A DNA stretch of 63,295 bases, from IMG/VR virus record IMGVR_UViG_3300032050_008197, positions 1 through 63,295 of that record, one strand, 5' to 3'. The position numbers were made by a program, and so were the translations under genes. This document shows, one piece after another, positions 18,975 to 26,748 of the stretch; position 1 is the first letter of the stretch; each line of letters starts with the position of its first letter. The notes beneath the pieces are model-generated. The model was not told the origin of the DNA. It was given only the letters and a program-made list of their open reading frames with translations, and made no database searches. The stretch is from a virus (Duplodnaviria > Caudoviricetes).

Positions 18975-19727
18975 TTATGTGCCTTTCTTATAGAAGAAGT
19001 TCTGTTGAATAGTCCAAATACCTATAGCAAACGAGACGCCATCAGTCCTAAATACTAAAGCTGCATTACTGCTAGCAGGTAAAAATATTGTCCCTGGAAT
19101 CATTCCTAAACTATCATGAAGCAGAGTACATGCTATTCTTTGTCCAGCCCCTCCAAAAGCAGAGCCTTGAAAAGGTAAGTCTATCTGCAGTGCGCCTATA
19201 GTGGCTCCAGTTATCTCAATAATACTATTAAGTGCTGTATCTACTCTGTCACCATCAACACTATAGAGATTATTTTCAGTGATGTCTGTGATAGCTCCTG
19301 CCCCGCTAGCTGCTCTCCAATCACATACAAAGGAAGCCCAGTCAGAAGACAGAGCTGTAGGAGGTAAGGTAGTCATGAACTTAGTGCAGGAAGGAATAGG
19401 AGTACCTACTGCAGTTGTATTATCTTCTGTTTTAGTTATCTTGATCTGCTCATCTGCAGGTATAGCTACAACTAAATAAGAACCATAATCAGGATTCCAT
19501 ATAGCCGAACCTATTATGATGTCTGTTAACCCTGGCACATTCAGAGTGACTATTTCATCCTGGAGAGGAACAGCCCACTCACCTTGAACCTTTAAAATAG
19601 TACTGTAATTACATACGTAGATCTTTTCACCGCATTCAGGTTGTTGCTGACATACGTCTGTAAAGTAAGGCTTTTGCGTAATGAATCCACACCTACACGA
19701 AGAATATCCACAATTACAGAATCCCAT
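18975..19727 (-). CDS. Tail fibre-like protein, paralogue of 17247-18974
   Basis: W[NH]PxYGS and GTxxPxCTxF motifs shared with the 575-aa protein. Confidence 0.6.
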   Translation of the reverse strand: MGFCNCGYSSCRCGFITQKPYFTDVCQQQPECGEKIYVCNYSTILKVQGEWAVPLQDEIVTLNVPGLTDIIIGSAIWNPDYGSYLVVAIPADEQIKITKTEDNTTAVGTPIPSCTKFMTTLPPTALSSDWASFVCDWRAASGAGAITDITENNLYSVDGDRVDTALNSIIEITGATIGALQIDLPFQGSAFGGAGQRIACTLLHDSLGMIPGTIFLPASSNAALVFRTDGVSFAIGIWTIQQNFFYKKGT

Positions 19728-19733
19728 AACACC

Positions 19734-20444
19734 TTACGCTATCTGATAACTTGTTTGGAACCTAGCTAGTTTTTGTCCAGATGCAGTCCATCCACTTCCT
19801 GCTGCATCCGGATGTAGAGTTGCTACTAGCCCTCCGGTGCTTATATTTACTAAACCAGGAGTAGTTAAACTAACGCTATTATCTATCGCTTGACTGATAG
19901 TACCATGCCAAGCCATGTTTGTTATAGTAGCGGCTGCAATAGGAAGGGATATAGTAGTAGACGTAGAATTGCTTACTGATGCTCCTGATTGCGTTACAGA
20001 GATAGTACATCTTTTACCATTTACAGAATACCTATATGCAGCAGTTGGAGGTACTGTAGACCATCCTACTAGAGTAGGTGTCCAATTTAGAGGTACGTCT
20101 CCTACGAAAGTAATAGGATACTGATAGCATCCGTAAGTAGGATGAATAGCGGTTATCTGAAGACCTGCAGTTGCAGTTCCACTGTGAGCTATAGAGATGT
20201 TATTAGCGTCATCTATGGCTACTATCTGAAAATAGCCGGTTCCTATCTGTATGCCTTGCCATAGCATTAAACGAGAAGAGTCTGTAACCTCTATCTCAAG
20301 AACAACATCTACAGCCGGTGTGACAAAGTTTGCTTTTACGTAGCAAAGAGGCTCTTTACAGAAGTATATTCCTGACGATTGTTTCGTGCAGGACTTATTA
20401 TATCCGTAAGCAATGTTACTGTTACAACCACAACCACAAGCCAT
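19734..20444 (-). CDS. Tail fibre-like protein, paralogue of 17247-18974
   Basis: NFxxPAV...IGTG...FQY/YQY and C-terminal SN[AS]T...WTxSG motifs shared with the 575-aa protein. Confidence 0.6.
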   Translation of the reverse strand: MACGCGCNSNIAYGYNKSCTKQSSGIYFCKEPLCYVKANFVTPAVDVVLEIEVTDSSRLMLWQGIQIGTGYFQIVAIDDANNISIAHSGTATAGLQITAIHPTYGCYQYPITFVGDVPLNWTPTLVGWSTVPPTAAYRYSVNGKRCTISVTQSGASVSNSTSTTISLPIAAATITNMAWHGTISQAIDNSVSLTTPGLVNISTGGLVATLHPDAAGSGWTASGQKLARFQTSYQIA

Positions 20445-20455
20445 ACTAACTCCCT

Positions 20456-20770
20456 TTACTTAGGATCAAATTCTGCGTGAAAGTGCTCCTGTTCTTCACC
20501 TTCACCCTCTAATATAAAATCAAAATCACTACCTAAAGCTGTTTTACCTTCCTCTAAAATCCTTCTTTTCTGCTCAGTACTTAGATGCTTAGATCTAAGA
20601 TCTACTGCCTGTCCTACATAATGTTTACTTTTAGTCATATGGGTACCTCCCGTAACTTCAGTAACTATCATCTCCGCTTGGTACTTCTCCATTACTTCAT
20701 AAACAATCATTAGTCCTAATAGTATCTCCGGTTGCAGTCCTTTTATTTTAGCTCCAGCTTTAAGTCTCAT
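20456..20770 (-). CDS. Peptidase M15-like endolysin
   Basis: Zn-peptidase motifs SKHYVGQAVDLR and EHFHAEFD. Confidence 0.75.
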   Translation of the reverse strand: MRLKAGAKIKGLQPEILLGLMIVYEVMEKYQAEMIVTEVTGGTHMTKSKHYVGQAVDLRSKHLSTEQKRRILEEGKTALGSDFDFILEGEGEEQEHFHAEFDPK

Positions 20771-20771
20771 C

Positions 20772-21602
20772 TTATGTATTAGCTTGTTCGTATACTGCTG
20801 TTATGTAGATAGAGCTGACCGAAGTGCATGTAGCTGTCCAGTTCCATGCTGCTACCCCCTGAGCTAAAGCCGACCCCGCTACGCTTACAGGATACACTGT
20901 AGAGTTAGATGGAACCCATACGTTAAAAATAACGCTTCCACCCCCACCGTTTTTATCTTGAATCAAGCAAAGCGCTCCTGTTGTCAGAGAGGAGTTGGAG
21001 ATAGTTAGAGATACTAGATCGTTAAAAACTCCTACTGCTCCGGCAGTTATGATTATCGTTTCAGCGGCACTAGAGGTAATCGTAGTCCCTTGAACTTTCC
21101 TTTGATCTCTGAGATTCGTTTGAACTATCTGCTTTCCAAAAACGTCAGCAATAGCATCAACCCTATCAGCCGAAGCTACGGCAGCAGGTAATGTAGTTCT
21201 AGCTTTAAATCCTATCTTAACCGGATTACCAGAATCAGCAGAATCGTGCGCTACGTCTCCAGCAACAGGAATACTGGATTGATTAGAAGCTATAACTACC
21301 GGAGAGGAAGAAGCCATTACTGCTTGACCTAACGCCGGTGTTTTAGTGTCTATAGAAGATAAGGAAGTATTACCTGTAGCTTGCAAGGCAGAAGTAGCTA
21401 AAGCAGAAGTGTTTAAATTAGTGCCGGCGTTACAAGTAACTGTACCACTAATAGGCTGAGTAGACGCAGAACCATCTACTAGTAAAGCCTTACCAGGAGA
21501 TACTAGTGCAATATCGGTACCGTCCCATATACGGGTAGTCTGTGCTTCTGCTGCACTAAGAGATAAAAGAATTGCTAATATTAAATATTTAAGTTGCTTC
21601 AT
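20772..21602 (-). CDS. Structural-like protein with N-terminal Sec signal peptide (probable start MKQLKYL)
   Basis: MKQLKYLILAILLSLSAAEA|QTT; Ser/Thr/Ala-rich; shares a motif with 22002-22616. Confidence 0.6.
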   Translation of the reverse strand: MKQLKYLILAILLSLSAAEAQTTRIWDGTDIALVSPGKALLVDGSASTQPISGTVTCNAGTNLNTSALATSALQATGNTSLSSIDTKTPALGQAVMASSSPVVIASNQSSIPVAGDVAHDSADSGNPVKIGFKARTTLPAAVASADRVDAIADVFGKQIVQTNLRDQRKVQGTTITSSAAETIIITAGAVGVFNDLVSLTISNSSLTTGALCLIQDKNGGGGSVIFNVWVPSNSTVYPVSVAGSALAQGVAAWNWTATCTSVSSIYITAVYEQANT

Positions 21603-21990
21603 ATACATCCAAAAATGCAGTACCGGCATTGGTAAAAATTGCTTGAACTTGTTGCTTTGTATCGACCGTGTAGCTTGTATGCGGAGCTAACGGAATACCT
21701 TGATCAATTATAGCTGCTGCTCCAATCTGCAGGAAAAAAGATTCATCAGTGTTATTAACTATAAGAGCACTCGGTACACGAGAAGCATTAGCAGGTAATA
21801 CCTCTATAGATGCTCCACTAGTGACCTCCACTCTGTCAGGAGTTAACGTAGGCATTACTACTGCACTTGTCTGCTGCACCTGAGCACAGAGAAGCTGAAG
21901 AACTACTGATTTAAAATCCTCATTAGTAAATCTGCTTTGTCCTCCGCAAATCAGATTACAGAGGCGGGTTGCATCACATTCACAAGCCAT
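21589..21990 (-). CDS. Putative virion decoration protein
   Basis: Cys-rich N-terminus plus small beta domain; operon position. Confidence 0.5.
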   Translation of the reverse strand: MACECDATRLCNLICGGQSRFTNEDFKSVVLQLLCAQVQQTSAVVMPTLTPDRVEVTSGASIEVLPANASRVPSALIVNNTDESFFLQIGAAAIIDQGIPLAPHTSYTVDTKQQVQAIFTNAGTAFLDVYEAT

Positions 21991-22001
21991 AAATTAAATC
22001 C

Positions 22002-22616
22002 TTATACGTCAGCAATATACCAAGTTAAATTCACATACACTGTAGAATTAGCAACTACAGGACTTAACGCCCCAAGCGCTTCATTCTCCGGACATATAAT
22101 CGCACCGAAAGGAACCGTACTTCCTGCAGGTAACGCTGATAGATTTACTCTAGTGCCTGACGGACTTTGCAACTCTGCATAGTTAGCTGCAATTCCTACG
22201 TTACTGATAGTACCTGGAAGTATTACAAGTCTTTTACCTACTCCTGGCGCAGACAGTAAAACACCATAAGTAGCGCCGGCTATAAGAGCTACGCCACTCT
22301 CTCTTTCTGCATCTCCTCCTAGTCCAGCTACTACTCTTCTGCCATTTAAGTCATTCCAGTCTCTAGCTACTTGTCCTTCCTCAACTGCAGTAGGAGCAGT
22401 AGAAGCTGCATAGCCGGCTCCTAGTACAGGAGCACCTGAAACGGCCTCACCTTGATCTGCCGGTCCTACAACAACAGTAGGTAAATCTAATTTAGCTGCT
22501 AGGTATTCTGAAATGTAACAGAGAGTTTTTAGTACATGCCAGCGAAAGCTTTTTTCGTTGCAAGATGCGTTCTGTAGTAGAGCTGCGTCTTCGCATACTG
22601 AACAATCTTCTGACAT
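22002..22616 (-). CDS. Putative virion protein
   Basis: AGGAG SD; Cys-rich N-terminus resembling that of 21589-21990. Confidence 0.55.
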   Translation of the reverse strand: MSEDCSVCEDAALLQNASCNEKSFRWHVLKTLCYISEYLAAKLDLPTVVVGPADQGEAVSGAPVLGAGYAASTAPTAVEEGQVARDWNDLNGRRVVAGLGGDAERESGVALIAGATYGVLLSAPGVGKRLVILPGTISNVGIAANYAELQSPSGTRVNLSALPAGSTVPFGAIICPENEALGALSPVVANSTVYVNLTWYIADV

Positions 22617-22644
22617 AGCTCCTGCATACTAACTAATAAGCATG

Positions 22645-22959
22645 TTACGTTGTAGATTTAGATATAGACCATCCTACTACCCTAACATCTGATGCATTAG
22701 AAGACCTAATAACAAATGATGTTCCTGCAGTAATAGTTTGAATATCTAAAGAGCCGGCGTTTGTGTTGCCTCTTGGGGTAAGAGTAATAACGCTATCAGC
22801 CTCTACTGCTGAAGTACTTACTGTGACAGTACCTGCAACTAAAGTAGCGAGTCCTGTCACTACATTCTTATCTAAGAATTTCTTAAAGAGTCTTCCGAAT
22901 GCAGCATTACCTTCTAAGTCATCAAAAGGTCCTTCTCCATCCATCTGTAAAATTTTCAT
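22645..22959 (-). CDS. Putative head fibre/decoration protein
   Basis: GLATLVAGTVTVSTSAV...ITAGTSFVIRSS...VGW motif seen in phage fibre C-termini; AAAGGAG SD. Confidence 0.55.
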   Translation of the reverse strand: MKILQMDGEGPFDDLEGNAAFGRLFKKFLDKNVVTGLATLVAGTVTVSTSAVEADSVITLTPRGNTNAGSLDIQTITAGTSFVIRSSNASDVRVVGWSISKSTT

Positions 22960-22982
22960 TACATCTCCTTTGAAAATTCTTA

Positions 22983-23011
22983 AGGGGTAGCCTCGGAAGA
23001 AGCTACCCCTG
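22983..23011 (-). terminator. GC-rich hairpin after the capsid gene
   Basis: AGGGGTAGC...GCTACCCCT inverted repeat immediately downstream of the capsid stop. Confidence 0.6.
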
Positions 23012-23016
23012 TTTAG

Positions 23017-24885
23017 TTATGTCGTACACTGTTGCTCAGTAGGTCCAGAGCATCCAGGACATCTAGATACAGTCGCAGTTGGAACACATATCTCAACTAC
23101 TCCGTATACATCATCCGAGAAGTCCGTAGCTCCGATGTCTACTCGCCATACGTTTGTCATCATATTCACACCAGCAGACACTATTGTAGCTGATTGAGTA
23201 TCGCCATTTCCGTATTTGAGAGTCACTGTCTGACCATTCGTGTAAGAAACAATCGGGTTTCTTAGTAAGAGATTTAGCTGAGTAGCATCGCCACTTACAG
23301 TCTCGTACTTAAGAACCTGAGATGAACATTGTAGGTCAGCAGCGTTAAACACTCTGAAGAACCTATCACATGTTGGTACATCTCCAGAGATGGTAACCAT
23401 GAAGGTCTTACCGTCTGCACTCACACCATCGTCTAGGACTGTAGCATTTACAAATCCATGAGTAGTGCTCTCTAGAGCTATAACATCATCAGCTTCAGCA
23501 TCAATCGGTACAGTAAATGTAACGAAGTATGTATCATCCAAAGTTGGATGAGCCATGAAGCTTGCGATAGTTGAAGACGCACATCCTGGATCTGCCAAAA
23601 TATTCTCACATTCAGTTGTTTCAGGAGGGCGTGTTAAGCTCTCGTTGTAGAACATAGTCATAGAAGCAAGAGGTTTCCTTGGAACCATGATAGCGTAGAC
23701 ATCTCCCCTAGCGATAAGAGCTAACTGTGCTCTTGTCCAGTAGAAACCCATCAAACGACCTGGATCGTCTCTTGTCTCAGGATTAGACCACTGGAAGTTA
23801 TCCCAGAATCCGTTTCCTGGTTGAGGTCCGAATGAGGAACCTTCACCAAGAGTGTTAGGATCTTGCCGAGTGTATAGCCCGATAGGATCTAAACCATGGA
23901 TGATTACTTCTTCATGTGTAGCATAAGAAGGGTCCATATACTGCGGATTTACATCTGTATATGTTCCGACTGTGCCTTTAACACCTTTAACCCAAGGAAG
24001 GATTCGTACCCATCCTAAGCTATCACTCCACTTGAATCGTCGTGGAGTCAGGTAATTAACAGGAATAAACATATCCCTGATAGTGTAGTTGAAAGAGTAG
24101 CGCTGAATTAGGTCATTACCGTACTCAGAGCTTCCTGCAGCAGCAGCCCTAAGATCTGCACGAATCTTAGGATCGTCCCTGTACATACCTTCGAAGAACT
24201 CAGGAGATGCCACCATTGCATATTGCGGCATAGCATTTGAGTACATGAGAGGTTGGATTCTTGGAAGCATTCTTAACTGTTGATAGAAGAACGATGCTCC
24301 ATCAATAGTCAGAGTAGAAAGCTGAGTGCTTCCTTTCGGTAAGAACGAATAAGGGTCACCGCTATTAACCTTATACCCTGCAGAATCAATCAGATACTTT
24401 TTAGAGATCTGAGAGATGAAATTCTGTCCTACGTTTACTTCCTTGTGGAAAGCGATTTGATTGTAGAACCCTTGAATCATTGCAGCGAATACTTGATCGT
24501 ATTGTCTGGTAGATGAAATAGAGGTTACGCAGAAATCATCAGTTCTAAAGTCTTTTCGCATTACACGGAAAGTCTTAGAATTGAATGCGTTTCCTTCTAG
24601 GTTATGGAAGTTATATCCACAGTTAGGAGTACATATTGTACCGCAACCAGAAGGGTCATCTAGAAGTTCCCAAGAATCGAAGCCTTCCTCTACTTGAGGA
24701 AGTTCGCCGTGGTACTCTAGCTCTTGCATAGAGAGGCCGGCGTCTTCAGGCCAAGGCTGAGGTTTAAGAAGATCTCGGTACCAGTTAGGAGCTTGTAGCT
24801 CCATATTTCTGATTGTTTCACCGATAAGAGGAGCGTTTGCAATAAACGCCTGAGTGACTGATCCTGGGGAAATACACTGAACCAT
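23017..24885 (-). CDS. Major capsid protein with C-terminal extension
   Basis: 622 aa after portal and scaffold, with its own promoter and a downstream hairpin; the C-terminal ~190 aa look like two beta domains. Confidence 0.7.
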   Translation of the reverse strand: MVQCISPGSVTQAFIANAPLIGETIRNMELQAPNWYRDLLKPQPWPEDAGLSMQELEYHGELPQVEEGFDSWELLDDPSGCGTICTPNCGYNFHNLEGNAFNSKTFRVMRKDFRTDDFCVTSISSTRQYDQVFAAMIQGFYNQIAFHKEVNVGQNFISQISKKYLIDSAGYKVNSGDPYSFLPKGSTQLSTLTIDGASFFYQQLRMLPRIQPLMYSNAMPQYAMVASPEFFEGMYRDDPKIRADLRAAAAGSSEYGNDLIQRYSFNYTIRDMFIPVNYLTPRRFKWSDSLGWVRILPWVKGVKGTVGTYTDVNPQYMDPSYATHEEVIIHGLDPIGLYTRQDPNTLGEGSSFGPQPGNGFWDNFQWSNPETRDDPGRLMGFYWTRAQLALIARGDVYAIMVPRKPLASMTMFYNESLTRPPETTECENILADPGCASSTIASFMAHPTLDDTYFVTFTVPIDAEADDVIALESTTHGFVNATVLDDGVSADGKTFMVTISGDVPTCDRFFRVFNAADLQCSSQVLKYETVSGDATQLNLLLRNPIVSYTNGQTVTLKYGNGDTQSATIVSAGVNMMTNVWRVDIGATDFSDDVYGVVEICVPTATVSRCPGCSGPTEQQCTT

Positions 24886-25044
24886 GGTAATTGCCTTTAA
24901 TAGAAAAGTAGTGTGTTCGATATAGTAGAAAGCATTAAGCTTTCGAACTTGTTTTCACTTTTTCTACAAGCGGCAATTAAACGTAAGCCAACGAAGTTTG
25001 CTTGTATGCTCAAAGATAACGGATTAGAGCTTTACCGATACTTT

Positions 25045-25074
25045 ATTATCGACAGAGCCTATAAGCTTTGTCAA
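25045..25074 (-). promoter_or_regulatory. Sigma70-like promoter for the capsid gene
   Basis: Minus strand TTGACA (25074-25069), 18-nt spacer, GATAAT (25050-25045). Confidence 0.5.
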
Positions 25075-26394
25075 CTACCTTTTTCCGTTCATGGCGTTTA
25101 GACTAGCAGATGCTAATTTGCCGGCCTCCTGTGGAGTTTTAGGACTATTAGCAGGAGCTGCTGGTATATGTACTCCTCCACCATTACCGTTAGAGCTAGG
25201 CCGGAAGTAAGTAGTTTGAACACTTGAAGATCTTTTAATATCAGCAAGTTCTTGAGAAAGTCTCTGAACCTCCTTATGCGCTCCTACGCTTCCCATTGCA
25301 AGAAGTATAGAACGTGCCATCCCTTGAGCTACTTTATCAGGGATATTTTTCATTCCACCGGCTTTAAGTTCTTTCATGAGAGCGCCGAACTGAATAGCAG
25401 CTCTGTGCTGGTTTCTCTCTACGATTTTATTATGCTCTGGATTAGTAGGGTCCATAATAAGTTGAGGATAGATCCCTTCCTGAGCTGTTTTCTCTAAAGC
25501 TGCGCTCCATGCATTTTTACTTACGTGCTCAAACACTTCAGTGCGTTTTACATCTTCTACTTTTAGTTTCTCTGCGTACTGAGCCTGAAGAGTCTGATGA
25601 GTCTCTAGAGGTTTTTTCTCCATATCAATCGCTATTTGACCTAGCTCATGAGCTTTAAGTACAAGCTCTTTTACTTTGGTTGCTCCTATTGCATCTGGAA
25701 AGTATTTAGTAATAAGTGCGTTTCTCTCTTTCTCATTCTCAGTACTGACAATCTTATTAACTAAAGCCTGTCTGCTTTCTGGAGCTATGCCGTAGTCTTC
25801 AGCTAACTTTGTAAACTCTGCTGTATTAGAAGCTAAAGGTTTGACAACTAATTCCTGATACTCTTCTGAAAGCCGGCCATTCACTTGAGCTTCATACTTC
25901 TGAAGTTCTTGAATCTTAGCGTCCTTAGCAGTTAATACTTCAGGAATCTTTTTCCCTTCAGCCCACGCATCTCTTTCTTCCTGTGCAGCTCTTAATTCTT
26001 TCTCTAGTTTCTTCTTAGCTATTCTTTCTTCTTTTAAAGCTGCTCTAGCTTTTTTCCAGTTTGCTGCTACCGGCTGGTCTGTGTCTGGAACATCAGACAT
26101 ATCCGGTTCTTCGTCTGCTACTGTCTCTAGTGGTTGCTCTACATGAACTTCAGCTTCTTCCTCTGTGAAGAAATTAGTTTCTACATAATCAGGTTGAGGT
26201 TGAGCTGGAGGTTCTGGGGCACTAACAGGAGGAAGTGGAGCCGGCTGTGTTACAGGAGGTGTAACTTGCACAGGAGCCGGTGTTCCGTTAGATACAGGAA
26301 CTGCTCCTACAGCATCAGGCTTAACAGCTTTAGCTAGCATAGCGTTCATTATATTCTCTGTATTAGGGGGCTGTGCTGCTGGCGTGATACTCAT
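25075..26394 (-). CDS. Capsid scaffolding protein
   Basis: Pro-rich acidic N-terminus plus long coiled coil, between portal and capsid; AAGGAG SD. Confidence 0.65.
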   Translation of the reverse strand: MSITPAAQPPNTENIMNAMLAKAVKPDAVGAVPVSNGTPAPVQVTPPVTQPAPLPPVSAPEPPAQPQPDYVETNFFTEEEAEVHVEQPLETVADEEPDMSDVPDTDQPVAANWKKARAALKEERIAKKKLEKELRAAQEERDAWAEGKKIPEVLTAKDAKIQELQKYEAQVNGRLSEEYQELVVKPLASNTAEFTKLAEDYGIAPESRQALVNKIVSTENEKERNALITKYFPDAIGATKVKELVLKAHELGQIAIDMEKKPLETHQTLQAQYAEKLKVEDVKRTEVFEHVSKNAWSAALEKTAQEGIYPQLIMDPTNPEHNKIVERNQHRAAIQFGALMKELKAGGMKNIPDKVAQGMARSILLAMGSVGAHKEVQRLSQELADIKRSSSVQTTYFRPSSNGNGGGVHIPAAPANSPKTPQEAGKLASASLNAMNGKR

Positions 26395-26406
26395 AATCTA
26401 ATCTCC

Positions 26407-26748
26407 TTACTTAAACTTCTTCAGTTCATCTTCTGTTAGGTAGCCTTCGCTCTTAGCTATTTTAGCTGCACCAAAAGTAGGTGTAACTCTAGCTGCATTA
26501 GGATCAGTCTTATTAGCATAAAATTCCTCTAAATATTCTAATTGGTTTACTGCAGTTTGATATCCGTTTGACCATGACCCCTCATGAGCCATTGCTGCTA
26601 AGTTAGCTCCATTCTCTGTAATATTAGGGAACCCCCCTCTTCTTAATATATCTAGAAGTCCGGTTCTTCTGAGAAGCTGCAGCGCCTGTCTATAGTCAGA
26701 TACATTCACGTCTTTAGAAAGATAATTCTCTACTAGGTTTTTATACAT
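26407..26748 (-). CDS. Hypothetical protein between portal and scaffold
   Basis: Start overlaps the portal stop. Confidence 0.6.
   Translation of the reverse strand: MYKNLVENYLSKDVNVSDYRQALQLLRRTGLLDILRRGGFPNITENGANLAAMAHEGSWSNGYQTAVNQLEYLEEFYANKTDPNAARVTPTFGAAKIAKSEGYLTEDELKKFK

Noticed and set aside
17247-20444. Diversity-generating retroelement acting on the fibre genes
   Set aside because: No reverse transcriptase and no near-identical TR/VR pair differing at adenines were seen.
21589-21629. Programmed frameshift joining 21589-21990 to 20772-21629
   Set aside because: No canonical slippery heptamer; the overlap is explained by a later ATG start at 21602 that yields a clean signal peptide.
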